Shown here: positions 54,019 to 64,000 of the stretch, piece after piece
Numbering within the stretch: the first letter of the stretch is position 1
Layout of the letters: each line of letters begins with the position of its first letter
Source of the DNA: an uncultured delta proteobacterium
Lineage (GTDB): Bacteria > Desulfobacterota > Syntrophia > Syntrophales > UBA2185
Length of the DNA stretch: 64,000 bases
NCBI GenBank assembly: GCA_963695875.1
Contig: CAVOID010000008.1
Coordinates: 128,001-192,000, forward strand
Direction of reading: 5' to 3'
Made by a program: the position numbers and the translations under genes
The notes under the pieces: generated by a model
Database searches by the model: none
Seen by the model: the letters and a program-made list of their open reading frames with translations, nothing else
Told to the model about the DNA's origin: nothing

Positions 54019-54411
54019 ATGACTAAGCGAGACAAAGAAGATGCCAAGCACTGTGTAGAAAGGGCCGTGGCATTTTATAAGGCCTCCGGTAAAAGAATCG
54101 CTCTGGCTGAATACACAAATCCCAATGGTCAGTTTGTGAAGGATGAAATGTATATCTATGCCTTAAACCCCAGAGGAACCATGCTCGCACATGGAGTCAA
54201 TGAAAAATTTGTCGGGGAGGAATTCATTGACATCAAGGATTATGACGGCAAGGAGTTTATTAAGGAGATCGTCGATATAGCCAACAGAGAAGGCAGCGGC
54301 TGGGTGTCTTACAAATGGTATAACCCGGTAACCAAAGAGGTGCTCCCTAAGACCGTATATTTCAAGAAAGTAGATGACCTGATAATTTGCAGCGGTATCT
54401 ATGGGGAGTAA
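54019..54411 (+). CDS. Stand-alone single Cache domain protein
   Basis: G.F...EMYIY...G.MLAH......G....KD.DGK.FI....GSGWVSY.W.NP; AAGGAGG SD; no signal peptide or TM. Confidence 0.85.
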   Translation: MTKRDKEDAKHCVERAVAFYKASGKRIALAEYTNPNGQFVKDEMYIYALNPRGTMLAHGVNEKFVGEEFIDIKDYDGKEFIKEIVDIANREGSGWVSYKWYNPVTKEVLPKTVYFKKVDDLIICSGIYGE

Positions 54412-54475
54412 TTTATTCATAGTCACCCCATTTGGGAAGCAATCATTGCCCGGTTAGATTTGTAAGAAATATTAC

Positions 54476-55235
54476 CTACGAAAAGTTACGCCTGATTCTG
54501 TTTTTTACTTTCTCCCATGATCTGGTGATGAGAAAGCTTTCTTCCATGTTGTCTACCATGCGGACGAATTTGGGCCAGGGGATGGCAAATGTCAGCACAC
54601 CGGCAGGAACGAACGGCCGGGCAGAGACATCGAACATACCTAAGACAGCGCGGGACCGCTCGTTTTTGAGCTCTTTATAAGGATAATCCACGATGGATCC
54701 GCAGCCCGCGCAGAAAGGTGCTATAACACCGCAAGGTTCCGGTTCATCGAAATTCGCTAGAGTGAAGAGACCGGAAAGTACATCGGGAGGTGCAAAGAAA
54801 ATAATCACCAGAGGTTTGTCGCCTTTCTCCATACTGTCCCATCTTTTAAACATAATGTATTTTGCAGGTGCCTTGAATGACGTCTGATGTTTCATATGTT
54901 CTGTGACCAGTTCCGGTGATTTCTTATACCTTTCGCCCTCAAGCTTTCCCGGGATGCCATAGGAAAGAAAGTATTCAAAGTTAGGCATCTGCATTTCCTC
55001 AAAGCCCAGGTATCGCTTCCCGCCTCCGCAGCCAATGGAATTAACGTCAAAACATAAATGTCTTGCCGGCACGGACTTTTGCCAGATCACAGATGATGCA
55101 TCGATGCCCTTTCGGAGTTTTCGGCATAACCTTTTTGTCTTCCACATCAGTGTAATAAAAGCCAATGGGCAAATCAGCACCGGGAAAGTATTTATTCCAT
55201 TTTTCGATGAATCCTTCCTTAAATTCCTTATCCAT
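54476..55235 (-). CDS. DUF169 family protein (frameshifted), downstream of trpA
   Basis: W.KYF....LPIGFYY, CGGG.RYLGF, EGERYKKSPE, PD.LSGLFTLANF, PF.AGC, GMFD.SARP. Confidence 0.7.
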
Positions 55236-55250
55236 GGCGAGCCTCCTTTT

Positions 55251-56049
55251 TTATTTCAAGGCGTGTTTTATTTCCCTGACAAATGATGATGCGATTTGTA
55301 TCAGGTTTTCATTGCCGCTGTTTTTTTCAATTAGATCGACGAATGCGCTTCCAACTACGATGCCATCCGCGTAAGATGCTATCTCTGCGGCTTGCGCCGG
55401 CGTCGATATGCCAAAGCCTATAACGAGGGGTAGGGCGGTTAATTTCCGGATGCGTTCCACATCTGTTTTTATGTTTTCAATGAGTGGCTTTGCCGTTCCG
55501 GTTACACCGGTTATGGAGATATAGTAAAGGAACCCTGTGGCATTTTTTGAGATACTAAGGATACGTTTGTCATTGGTTGTCGGTGCAACAAGAGAAATGA
55601 AATCGAGGCCGGTAAAATCTGTGTACTGTCTGAGTTCGTGTGATTCTTCCGGCGGAAGATCAACGACGAGAATACCGTCTACGCCGACTTTTTTAGCTCT
55701 CAGGGCAAATCGCTCACTTCCATATGAGAAGATGGGGTTGTAGTAGCCGAACAGGACGATGGGAATATCACAGTCGTTCCGGAGGAATTCAATCATATCT
55801 AGGATGCCGGAAAGTGTCGACGCCACTGCGCAGAGCCCTCTGTGAGGCAGCCTGAATGATCGGGCCGTCCGCTGTTGGATCAGAAAAGGGGACGCCTATT
55901 TCAAGAATGTCAACGCCTGCCTCCTGAAGTCCAAGGACAAGACGGTGGGTCGTTTCCAGATCCGGGTCACCAGCTGTAATGTATACAACTAATGCTTTCT
56001 GATTTTTTTGTTTAAGGTCACTGAATTTCTGTTCAATTCTGCCGGTCAT
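55251..56049 (-). CDS. trpA: Tryptophan synthase alpha (frameshift near 55825)
   Basis: [45 protein letters not shown]. Confidence 0.96.
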
Positions 56050-57242
56050 TGATGGTTCTCCATTCTCTGTGTGATTATTTCCGCATCTTTATCCCCTCTT
56101 CCTGAAAGGTTGATCACGATGATCTTATTCTTATCGAGGGTAGGAGAAAGTTTCATGGCATAGGCCACTGCATGGGCACTTTCCATGGCCGGGATGATCC
56201 CTTCACATTTGGAAAGAAGCATGAAAGCACGGATGGCCTCCTCATCATCGACACTTACGTACTTTGCTTTGCCTGTGTCTCTGAAATAGCCATGTTCCGG
56301 TCCAACACCCGGATAGTCAAGACCGGCAGCGATGGAATAGGCATCCTGTATCTGGCCGTTTCCGTCCTGAAGCAGATATGTCTTATTGCCGTGAAGGACG
56401 CCGATACTTCCCGCAGATATGCTTGCTGCATGATGTCCTGTCATAATGCCTTTTCCTGCAGCCTCAACACCGATCAGTTCAACACCGGGAGAGTCCTTAA
56501 AGGGATAGAAAAGTCCCATGGCATTACTCCCGCCGCCAATACAGGCAATAAGGATATCGGGAAGTCTCCCTTCTTTTCTCAAAATTTGTTTTTTTGTTTC
56601 CTTACCGATGATGCTCTGGAATTCTCTGACCATCATTGGATAAGGATGTGGCCCTGCCGTCGTACCGATTACGTAAAAGGTGTCTCTCACCCGTGATACC
56701 CAGTGCCGCATTGCCTCATTCATGGCATCCTTGAGTGTTGCTGTTCCGGAGGTCACAGGAACGACTTCGGAGCCGAGTATCTTCATGCGGAAGACATTGG
56801 GGGCCTGACGTCTGATGTCCTCTTCTCCCATGAAGATCCGGCACTCCATCCCGAAAAGAGCGGCAACCGTTGCTGTGGCGACGCCATGCTGACCGGCGCC
56901 CGTTTCCGCAATAACCCTCTTTTTGCCCATACGCCTGGCAAGCAAGGCTTGCCCCAGGGTATTGTTGATCTTGTGTGAACCGGTGTGATTGAGATCTTCA
57001 CGCTTCAGGTATATCCTTGCACCTCCAAGCTCTTCGGTGAGACGCTTTGCGTAGTAGAGAGGGGTTTCCCTGCCGGCGTATTCTCTAAGGTAGTAGGCGA
57101 ATTCATCTCTGAACGCCCTGTCTTTTCTTGACGCCCTGTAAGCCTTCTCGAGCTCAATGAGGGCGGGCATCAGGGTTTCCGCGACATAGCGGCCGCCGAA
57201 TATTCCGAAGTGTCCCTTTTTATCGGGTAGTGATGGCTCCAT
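56046..57242 (-). CDS. trpB: Tryptophan synthase beta
   Basis: [47 protein letters not shown]. Confidence 0.97.
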   Translation of the reverse strand: MEPSLPDKKGHFGIFGGRYVAETLMPALIELEKAYRASRKDRAFRDEFAYYLREYAGRETPLYYAKRLTEELGGARIYLKREDLNHTGSHKINNTLGQALLARRMGKKRVIAETGAGQHGVATATVAALFGMECRIFMGEEDIRRQAPNVFRMKILGSEVVPVTSGTATLKDAMNEAMRHWVSRVRDTFYVIGTTAGPHPYPMMVREFQSIIGKETKKQILRKEGRLPDILIACIGGGSNAMGLFYPFKDSPGVELIGVEAAGKGIMTGHHAASISAGSIGVLHGNKTYLLQDGNGQIQDAYSIAAGLDYPGVGPEHGYFRDTGKAKYVSVDDEEAIRAFMLLSKCEGIIPAMESAHAVAYAMKLSPTLDKNKIIVINLSGRGDKDAEIITQRMENHQ

Positions 57243-57273
57243 AATATTTCCTCTTATATATAAATTTCCGGGC

Positions 57274-57921
57274 TTAAGATGGTGCAAATATCGTTACCGG
57301 ACTTTTTCTCTTAATCGCATGTACCATCTTAATGATGTTTTTCATTTTTTCCGAGTCTTTCTTTTGTGGTGAAACTTCAACACCGCTGTTAACATCAACG
57401 GCATTTGGTAAAACCGTCTCGATTGCTTCCAGAATATTGTCGGGATTCAATCCACCGGAGAGAACGAGCGGATGCATTTCCTTCAACTCCATTGCCAATT
57501 CCCAGTTGGACTTCCTTCCCGTTCCTCCGTAAAGGCCGGGATCACGCGCATCTATCAGGATAGCCTTTACAGGGTAATTTTTTACAATGCTAATGTCATC
57601 CTCACTCCGGGGAGATAACGCCTTTATCAGTATAGATTCCGGGAACTGCCCACAGTATTCAGGCGATTCATCACCGTGAAGCTGAATGAGGTCGAGTCCG
57701 CAGAATTCATATATATCGTTTACCTCTTTAATCTCGTTATTTACAAAGACACCCACTGTTATGGTATGTTTTGGCAGATTTTCCATTATTTGCTTTGCCA
57801 TTTGCGGGTCAATATATCTCGGGCTTTTCTTGTAAAAGATAAACCCCAGGGCATCGACACCATATGTGCAGGCATTAATTGCGTCTTCCAGATTGGTGAT
57901 GCCACAAATCTTTATTTCCAT
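57274..57921 (-). CDS. trpF: Phosphoribosylanthranilate isomerase
   Basis: KICGIT, GFIF..KSPR, QLHGDE, GGTG, SGGL, DVNSGVE. Confidence 0.95.
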   Translation of the reverse strand: MEIKICGITNLEDAINACTYGVDALGFIFYKKSPRYIDPQMAKQIMENLPKHTITVGVFVNNEIKEVNDIYEFCGLDLIQLHGDESPEYCGQFPESILIKALSPRSEDDISIVKNYPVKAILIDARDPGLYGGTGRKSNWELAMELKEMHPLVLSGGLNPDNILEAIETVLPNAVDVNSGVEVSPQKKDSEKMKNIIKMVHAIKRKSPVTIFAPS

Positions 57922-57931
57922 TGCTGATACC

Positions 57932-58708
57932 TCATTCAGCACCCAAAAGCTCTCTCAACTTTTTTCCGATATTATCGGAAAGCATCAGGGTCTCGCCAAT
58001 CAAAAATGTATGGATTCCCGCCTTCATTAATGTCTCGATATCACGCCTGGTATGTATGCCGCTTTCACTGATTACAATCTTGTCTGTGGGTATATGCGGT
58101 GCTATATCCAGAGAGGTTCTCAGATCTGTAGAAAATGTCTTAAGATCCCTGTTGTTAATCCCTATGATGCAGGCTTCAGCAGCAAGAGCCTTATCCAGTT
58201 CACCCCGGGAATGAATTTCAACAAGCGCAGAAAGACCGAGCGATTCGGCAAGGTGAATATATTCTCTCAACTGCTCCTCTTCCAGGAGGCCTGCGATGAG
58301 GAGGAGGGCATCCCCGCTAAGACTCCGTGTCTCATATATCTGGTACGTGTCGATGATGAAGTCCTTTCTTAACAGGGGAAGAAGGACATTATTTCTTATA
58401 TCTCCAAGATATTTTTCATCACCGCCAAAAAATTGCTTATCAGTGAGGACGGATACTGCTGCAGCACCGTTTCTCTCATAGATGGAAGCGATTTTGATGG
58501 GATCAAAATCTTCCCTGAGGATTCCCCTGGAAGGAGAGTGCCTTTTTACCTCGGCAATAATGGCACATTCCTTTCCGTTGATCGCTTTCCGGAAATCACG
58601 GACAGGAGGAAGGTCTCGAAGAACCGCTTTCAATTCCTGGAGGGGCCTGGTTTGCTTTAAAAGGGCGACTTCCTCTTTTTTGACGGATATAATCTTGTCT
58701 AAAATCAT
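57932..58708 (-). CDS. trpC: Indole-3-glycerol phosphate synthase
   Basis: IIAEVKR.SPS, SVLTD..FFGG, LRKDF, GINNRDL, SESGI. Confidence 0.96.
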   Translation of the reverse strand: MILDKIISVKKEEVALLKQTRPLQELKAVLRDLPPVRDFRKAINGKECAIIAEVKRHSPSRGILREDFDPIKIASIYERNGAAAVSVLTDKQFFGGDEKYLGDIRNNVLLPLLRKDFIIDTYQIYETRSLSGDALLLIAGLLEEEQLREYIHLAESLGLSALVEIHSRGELDKALAAEACIIGINNRDLKTFSTDLRTSLDIAPHIPTDKIVISESGIHTRRDIETLMKAGIHTFLIGETLMLSDNIGKKLRELLGAE

Positions 58709-58717
58709 GTCAGCAAA

Positions 58718-59728
58718 TCATCTATTACTCAGATCAATCAGGCCCTGCAGCTTTTTAACAGCAGTGCCGCTGTCAATGCAAGCCTGTGCTATTTCGATCC
58801 CTTCCCTGAGTGTTCTTGCCTTTTCTCCCGCCATAATTGCCAGGGCGGCGTTTAGGACAACAATATTTCGACAGGCCTCGTTTTGGCCAGTTAGTACATC
58901 CTTAGTGATCTGCGCATTAAATGAGGCATCACCACCTGTAAGCGTCTCACCCGGGAAGATTTCACCGAAAAAATCAACGGGGTTGATATTATAAGTATTT
59001 ATAAGGCCATTCTTCAGTTCCGTTACCCGCGTTTCACCGGTAACGGTTGCTTCATCAAGACCGTCTGATCCATGAACGACGAAAGCCCTCTTCGTGCCAA
59101 GATTTTTCAGTACACCGGCAAACATCTCCGTTAACCGGGGATTATAAACTCCAATGAGCTGAGATGTGGCCCCGGCCGGGTTTGTCAGGGGTCCCAGCAT
59201 ATTGAAAATTGTCCTGATCCCGATTTCCCTTCGTGGACCGATAGCGTATTTCATTGCTCCATGCAATTTAGGCGCAAACAAAAAGCCGATCCCGATTTGA
59301 TGGATACATTCTTCTACTATCTCCGGCGGTGCATTGATGTTAACGCCCAAGGCCTCAAGGACATCGGCGCTTCCACAACCGCTGGAGACGGCGCGGTTTC
59401 CATGTTTGGCAACTGTAAGGCCTGCCGCCGCAACGACAAAAGCGGCAGTTGTTGAAATATTAAAAGTTTTCATTGCGTCTCCTCCGGTGCCACAGGTATC
59501 CACGATGACCGAAGAGCGTGCATCTATCCTTGTTGCTTTTTGTCTCATGATGCGGGCAGCCCCTGTAACCTCATCAACCGTTTCACCCTTGATCCTGAGT
59601 CCCGTCATGAAGGCAGCGATCTGTGCGGGCGTCGCATTTCCCTCCATAACTTCATTCATGACTTCCATCATTTCGGTCTCATTTAAGTTTCCATGATCTA
59701 CTAGCTTTGCAATTGCTTCCCTGATCAT
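58718..59728 (-). CDS. trpD: Anthranilate phosphoribosyltransferase
   Basis: DTCGTGGD, NIST, KHGNR.VSS..GSAD, RTIFN.LGPL.NP, DGLDE. Confidence 0.96.
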   Translation of the reverse strand: MIREAIAKLVDHGNLNETEMMEVMNEVMEGNATPAQIAAFMTGLRIKGETVDEVTGAARIMRQKATRIDARSSVIVDTCGTGGDAMKTFNISTTAAFVVAAAGLTVAKHGNRAVSSGCGSADVLEALGVNINAPPEIVEECIHQIGIGFLFAPKLHGAMKYAIGPRREIGIRTIFNMLGPLTNPAGATSQLIGVYNPRLTEMFAGVLKNLGTKRAFVVHGSDGLDEATVTGETRVTELKNGLINTYNINPVDFFGEIFPGETLTGGDASFNAQITKDVLTGQNEACRNIVVLNAALAIMAGEKARTLREGIEIAQACIDSGTAVKKLQGLIDLSNR

Positions 59729-59810
59729 TTTATATGCTCCTTTTTCATCTAAGAATCCCCATCTCTTTCCCTCCCCGCCGATGCGGGGGGACTGACGGCG
59801 AAAGTGTTCA

Positions 59811-60390
59811 TCAAGAAGTTTTATTAACCAGTCCTAAGAAATTCTTGATAATCCGCTTTCCATGTGGCGTCAAGATCGATTCAGGATGGAATTGTATACC
59901 TTCCACAAGGTACTCCTGATGCCTGATGCCCATGATTTCTCCTTCTTCTGTCTCTGCGCTGATCGAAAGGCAGGACGGAAGGGAAACTTTCTCCACAAGC
60001 AGGGAGTGGTAACGTCCTGCAGTAAAAGGGTTTGGCAGATTCCTTGAAGATGGAATTTCCATCATGAAGGATCTGCGAGGTTTTACCATGCATGAGCCTT
60101 CCGGCTCTGACCACGTTGCCACCAAAGGTATAACCGATGGCCTGATGCCCCAGACAGACCCCCATGATTGGTACTGATTTATGAAATTCTCTGATAACAT
60201 CAACGGTGATTCCGGCTTCCTTTGGTGTGCATGGCCCGGGTGACAAAAATATGGCATCGGGTGCAAGCTTCCTGATTTCATCTATGGTTATCACATCATT
60301 CCGGTAGACCGCGACATCCTGGCCTAACTGGCCTAAATACTGAACGAGGTTGTAGGTAAAGGAATCGTAATTATCGATCATCAAAATCAT
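59811..60390 (-). CDS. trpG: Anthranilate synthase component II (frameshift near 60045)
   Basis: IDNYDSFTYNL, SPGP, GVCLGHQ, MHGK, RYHSL, QFHPES. Confidence 0.95.
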
Positions 60391-60401
60391 GGCATGCTCC
60401 T

Positions 60402-61900
60402 TCAGCTGTTCTTCTTTATTTCAAATCCCGAAGCGGCAAGGCGTATTGCCTGCATCATTCCCTCACCCTTATTGACGGTTTCCTGATATTCCTTATCTGG
60501 GTCAGAATCGGCTACAATGCCGGCGCCAACCTGGATAAAAATCTTCCCGTCTTTGACTAGTATGGTTCTAATGGTTATGCAGAGATCCATATTCCCCGTA
60601 TAACTGAAGTATCCTACAGCACCTCCGTATGGTCCGCGCATGGTAGGCTCAAGTTCATCGATGATCTCCATGGCTCTCACCTTCGGTGCACCGGACAGTG
60701 TGCCGGCAGGGAAGGTTGCTCTCAGGACATCAAAACAGTCTTTTCCCTCAGATAATTGTGCCTGGATATTTGTGACAAGGTGCATTACATGGGAATACCG
60801 TTCTACACACCATAAGTTGATTTACCTGGACACTCCCGATCCGTGCTATCCTTCCCAGGTCATTTCTCCCCAGGTCAACCAGCATGACATGTTCCGCCCT
60901 CTCTTTGGGATCTTCGAGAAGCTCGTCGGCAAGGTGCCTGTCTTCCTGTTCGTTTTTCCCCCTTCTCCTTGTTCCGGCAATAGGTCTTAGTTCGGCTATT
61001 CCTTCTTCAAGGCGAACCATGACCTCGGGAGAGGAACCGATAAGAAACATATCATCAAGTTTGAGGAAAAAAAGGTAAGGGGATGGATTTACGTAACGAA
61101 GGGCACGATATAAATTAATTGGATCAATCCCGTTTTCTGTGTGAAATCGCTGTGAGAGGACAACCTGGATGATATCACCGGCAACAATGTATTCCTTTGC
61201 CATTCTGACAATGGACTTAAAAGCTTCAGGTGACATATTGGATTGGAGGGCGGCTTCGTTTTTCACCTTCTGATATTGTTCCTTTGTTTTCCAGGGGGGT
61301 TCTCAGGATATTGATCATCTCTTCTATCTTTTTGATTGTCTCGTTGTAGACCGTCTCAGGATCTTTATTATCTTCAATGAAGGCGCTCGAAACTACTTTA
61401 ATCGTGTGTCTGATATTATCAAAGACGATCAGGGTATCAGTAATGATAAAGATTGAATCGTCAGTCTTCAGGTCATCATGAGGCTTAGCATCAAGCTTTT
61501 CAAAATATCTAACCATATCATAACCTAAAAATCCAACGGCTCCACCATAAAACCGGGGTAGTCCATCCACAGGAACGGGGCGATAGATGTTAAGTAAATT
61601 TTTCAGAAATCTTAGGGGATCTCCATCGTGTTTGTAACAGTGAACCTTGTCATTTTCGTGGATCAGGACATCCTCACCTTTGACCTTGAAAATTATGCGG
61701 GGATCTGATCCAAGAAAGGTGAAACGTCCCCATTTCTCGCCACCTTCCACGCTCTCCAGAAGAAAGACATGGGATTTTGACCTTAGTTTCATGAGGGCCG
61801 ATACGGGTGTTTCTATGTCGGCCAGGATTTCCTTGTAGACGGGGATCAAATTGCCCTGGCAGGTAAATTTTTTGAATGTATCAATGTCCGGATAATACAT
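60402..61900 (-). CDS. trpE: Anthranilate synthase component I (two frameshifts)
   Basis: [55 protein letters not shown]. Confidence 0.96.
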
Positions 61901-61932
61901 GATTAATATTCCTTTTCTCCATTTTACAAAAT

Positions 61933-61959
61933 AAAAAAGGCCGCTTATCATCACGGCCT
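61933..61959 (-). terminator. Second (trpE-proximal) terminator in the trp leader
   Basis: AGGCCG-N10-CGGCC followed by T6 on the minus strand. Confidence 0.7.
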
Positions 61960-61978
61960 CTTTGTTACACTCAAACAT

Positions 61979-62016
61979 AAAAAAGCCGTGGAGACCGCAA
62001 GAGGTCTCCACGGCTT
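61979..62016 (-). terminator. trp attenuator terminator (3:4 hairpin)
   Basis: Perfect AAGCCGTGGAGACC-TCTTGC-GGTCTCCACGGC followed by T6. Confidence 0.92.
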
Positions 62017-62036
62017 GTGCTTCAATTAATGAGAAG

Positions 62037-62105
62037 TTAGCGGTGGACAAACCTCTTTGTTGAATTCTGCCACCACCAATTAATGTTTGAAAATTTTTGC
62101 TTCAT
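62037..62105 (-). CDS. trpL: trp operon leader peptide MKQKFSNINWWWQNSTKRFVHR
   Basis: 22-codon ORF with three consecutive TGG codons (62070-62078), between promoter and terminator. Confidence 0.9.
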   Translation of the reverse strand: MKQKFSNINWWWQNSTKRFVHR

Positions 62106-62136
62106 ATTCTATTCGCATGTATAAAAAGTTGAACGA

Positions 62137-62165
62137 TTTATAGCAATGTTTAAGGCTAGTGTCAA
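62137..62165 (-). promoter_or_regulatory. Sigma-70 promoter of the trp operon
   Basis: TTGACA-17 bp-TATAAA with TGn extension. Confidence 0.85.
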
Positions 62166-62525
62166 TAGTATTTTTTATGATCATGATTTACATGTATGAT
62201 CTGACTATAAAGTGCATATCGTACGGTTTTTAGCCATGCATTTTTTTATAGAGCTCGTTCAGAGAGCTCGAATTTTGGTTAAAGTATCTGCCTGAACCGA
62301 CATGATTTATAACAGAGTGTTGATAAGGACTGTACAGACGATTTGCCCAGAGACCTGAGGCAACTTGTTTGGGTGTATATTCTTTGCCTGTTGATTTTTG
62401 CAGAAACAATTTGTAAAAGAATTATTTAGGATTTCCACCAGGGCCTGTCTGATACCTCAAATGTTCTTGTCGGGGAGGGAATGACTCATATATCTACTTT
62501 GCAAATAATAGAGGAGTGAAGACAT

Positions 62526-63563
62526 ATGTTTGCTGACATTCTGACAATCAAAAAGCTGCTGCTGCCTTTGATAATCATTGTTGCTGGATTTCTCACAGGA
62601 ATAATATTTGAAAAAATCATCCTTAGCAAGATCAGAAAGCTGTCCTCAAAAATAAAATGGGAGAGTGATGAAATATTTATTAAGGCACTTCGCGGAACGA
62701 CTACGGTTTTATTCCTTTTGGCGGGTATTTACCTGGCTCTGGAGAGCATTGAGTTAAGTCCTGATCTCTTAAATTTTATTCACAAGGCTTTACTGGTACT
62801 TGTTATCTTTTTCGTAACTGTGGTTTTATCGAGAGTCTCCGTCGGTTTTGTGAATGTATACAGCAAAAGGGTGGGCGGGGCTTTCATATCGACGTCAATG
62901 TTCGCAAACATAACGAGGATCTTGGTTTTAGTAATTGGTATTCTCATAATACTTCAGTACCTTGGAATATCCATCGCACCTATACTCACCGCACTGGGGG
63001 TAGGCGGACTTGCCGTTGCCCTTGCCCTTCAGGATACCCTTAGCAATTTATTTGCCGGCATCCACGTGATTGCATCAGGCCAGTTAAAACCCGGGCATTA
63101 TCTGAGGCTGAGCAGTGGCGAAGAGGGATATGTTACGGATATAACATGGCGATACACTACCATTCGATCGCTGCAGAATAATACTATAATTGTTCCAAAC
63201 TCAAAATTGGCGTCAGCAATTGTTACAAACTTTAATATCCCGGACGAGGATATACTGACGTCTATTGAAGTGGGCGTGAGCTATGACAGTGACCTTGACA
63301 AGGTTGAAAGAGTGACAATTGAGGTTGCCAGAGAAGTCATGAAAGACATAAGGGTGGGTGTACCGGACTTTGAACATGTTATTACTTACAAAAAGTTTGC
63401 TGATTCAAGCATTAACTTCGACGTGTATCTTCATGTAAGAGAGTTTGTCGATCAATATACCGTTAAGCATGAGTTCATCAAGAGGCTGCATAAACGCTAC
63501 AGGGAAGAAGGGATTGACATTCCCTTTCCTGTCAGAACAGTTTACATGAAGGAAGAAATTTAA
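62526..63563 (+). CDS. MscS-family mechanosensitive channel
   Basis: LGVGGLAVALALQDTLSNLFAG, G.V.DI.WR.T, VPNS, VGVSY.SD, I.IPFP. Confidence 0.93.
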   Translation: MFADILTIKKLLLPLIIIVAGFLTGIIFEKIILSKIRKLSSKIKWESDEIFIKALRGTTTVLFLLAGIYLALESIELSPDLLNFIHKALLVLVIFFVTVVLSRVSVGFVNVYSKRVGGAFISTSMFANITRILVLVIGILIILQYLGISIAPILTALGVGGLAVALALQDTLSNLFAGIHVIASGQLKPGHYLRLSSGEEGYVTDITWRYTTIRSLQNNTIIVPNSKLASAIVTNFNIPDEDILTSIEVGVSYDSDLDKVERVTIEVAREVMKDIRVGVPDFEHVITYKKFADSSINFDVYLHVREFVDQYTVKHEFIKRLHKRYREEGIDIPFPVRTVYMKEEI

Positions 63564-63609
63564 GTGAATCATGCTCCTCGTTGCCGGAGCAATGAAGATT
63601 CTTTTTAAG

Positions 63610-64000
63610 TTATTTCAGTGGCCATTTTTTCTGCACGTCTTCTTCCGAATCAGCATATTTCTGCGCTAACTTATTAAATTGGTTAGCCAGTGCTAAAAAG
63701 GCATCCACCATGTCGGGATCAAAGTGGGCACCTGATGCCTCCCTGATAATATCAACCGAGTCTTCATGAGGGTAGGGCGGTTTGTAAATGCGACGACTGA
63801 TTAAGGCATCGTATACATCAGCAACTGCCATAAGACGCCCCGGTATGGAGATATCGTCTCCCGATAACCCCTCAGGATAACCTGCTCCATTCCACTTTTC
63901 GTGGTGTCCGTACGCTATTTCCATACCAACCTGTAAGAAGGGAACAGGTGTTCCAAGGAGATTCTCAGCAGAAAGGATAGCATCACGGCCAATGGTTGTA
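63610..64000 (-). CDS. HD-GYP phosphodiesterase, C-terminal part (5' end outside window)
   Basis: HHEKWNGAGYP, ADVYDAL.S.R.YK, HFDP. Confidence 0.88.
   Translation of the reverse strand, partial: TTIGRDAILSAENLLGTPVPFLQVGMEIAYGHHEKWNGAGYPEGLSGDDISIPGRLMAVADVYDALISRRIYKPPYPHEDSVDIIREASGAHFDPDMVDAFLALANQFNKLAQKYADSEEDVQKKWPLK

Noticed and set aside
61901..62050. N-terminal extension of TrpE given by the ORF track (start 62050)
   Set aside because: It runs through the attenuator hairpins; the SD-preceded ATG at 61900 fits the family start.
1..64000. Programmed frameshifting or stop-codon reassignment as the cause of split genes
   Set aside because: Breaks occur in both directions at varied contexts without shared slippery sites, and TGA, TAG and TAA all end intact genes normally.

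Overview
Mostly core bacterial chromosome. Gene content and order (cmk-rpsA-sppA-ihfB, GlnRS, hcp, class III RNR, pan RNA motif, sigma-54 promoter) suggest an anaerobic Desulfobacterota / Syntrophales-like organism; this is inference. About 25 genes, including essential ones (tsaD, rpsA, glnS, lptG, metK), are split by 1-nt indels, which points to sequencing or assembly error rather than real pseudogenes. Left part: tsaD-rsmA, pan leader + panCD, DUF502-metK(divergent)-ahcY, lptFG, PHP, NrdR-boxed nrdDG + GAF/HD-GYP, M48/TPR protease, cmk-rpsA-sppA-ihfB, a stand-alone Cys-rich sigma-70 region-4 protein, mrfAB-like helicase/exonuclease, hemerythrin-hcp with an HcpR/FNR-type box, tRNA-Gln(CTG), glnS, cpoB and a DAHP synthase. 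An accessory stretch (about 34.4-47.6 kb) holds lipoproteins, TPR and Zn-ribbon proteins, a DsrE gene with a decayed attC-like site, a LOG-family gene, a sigma-54 two-gene membrane operon, an NCS2-like permease and a Drr-type ABC exporter. Right part: DASS transporter + tartrate/D-malate dehydrogenase, a second sppA, yihY, a tandem-domain NDK, a Cache protein, trpEGDCFBA-DUF169, mscS and a partial HD-GYP gene. The best unannotated signals are RNA-level: a Trp-Trp-Trp leader-peptide attenuator with two relay-coupled terminators, and a pan-motif hairpin with a terminator/antiterminator switch. No CRISPR array, transposase or prophage was seen.
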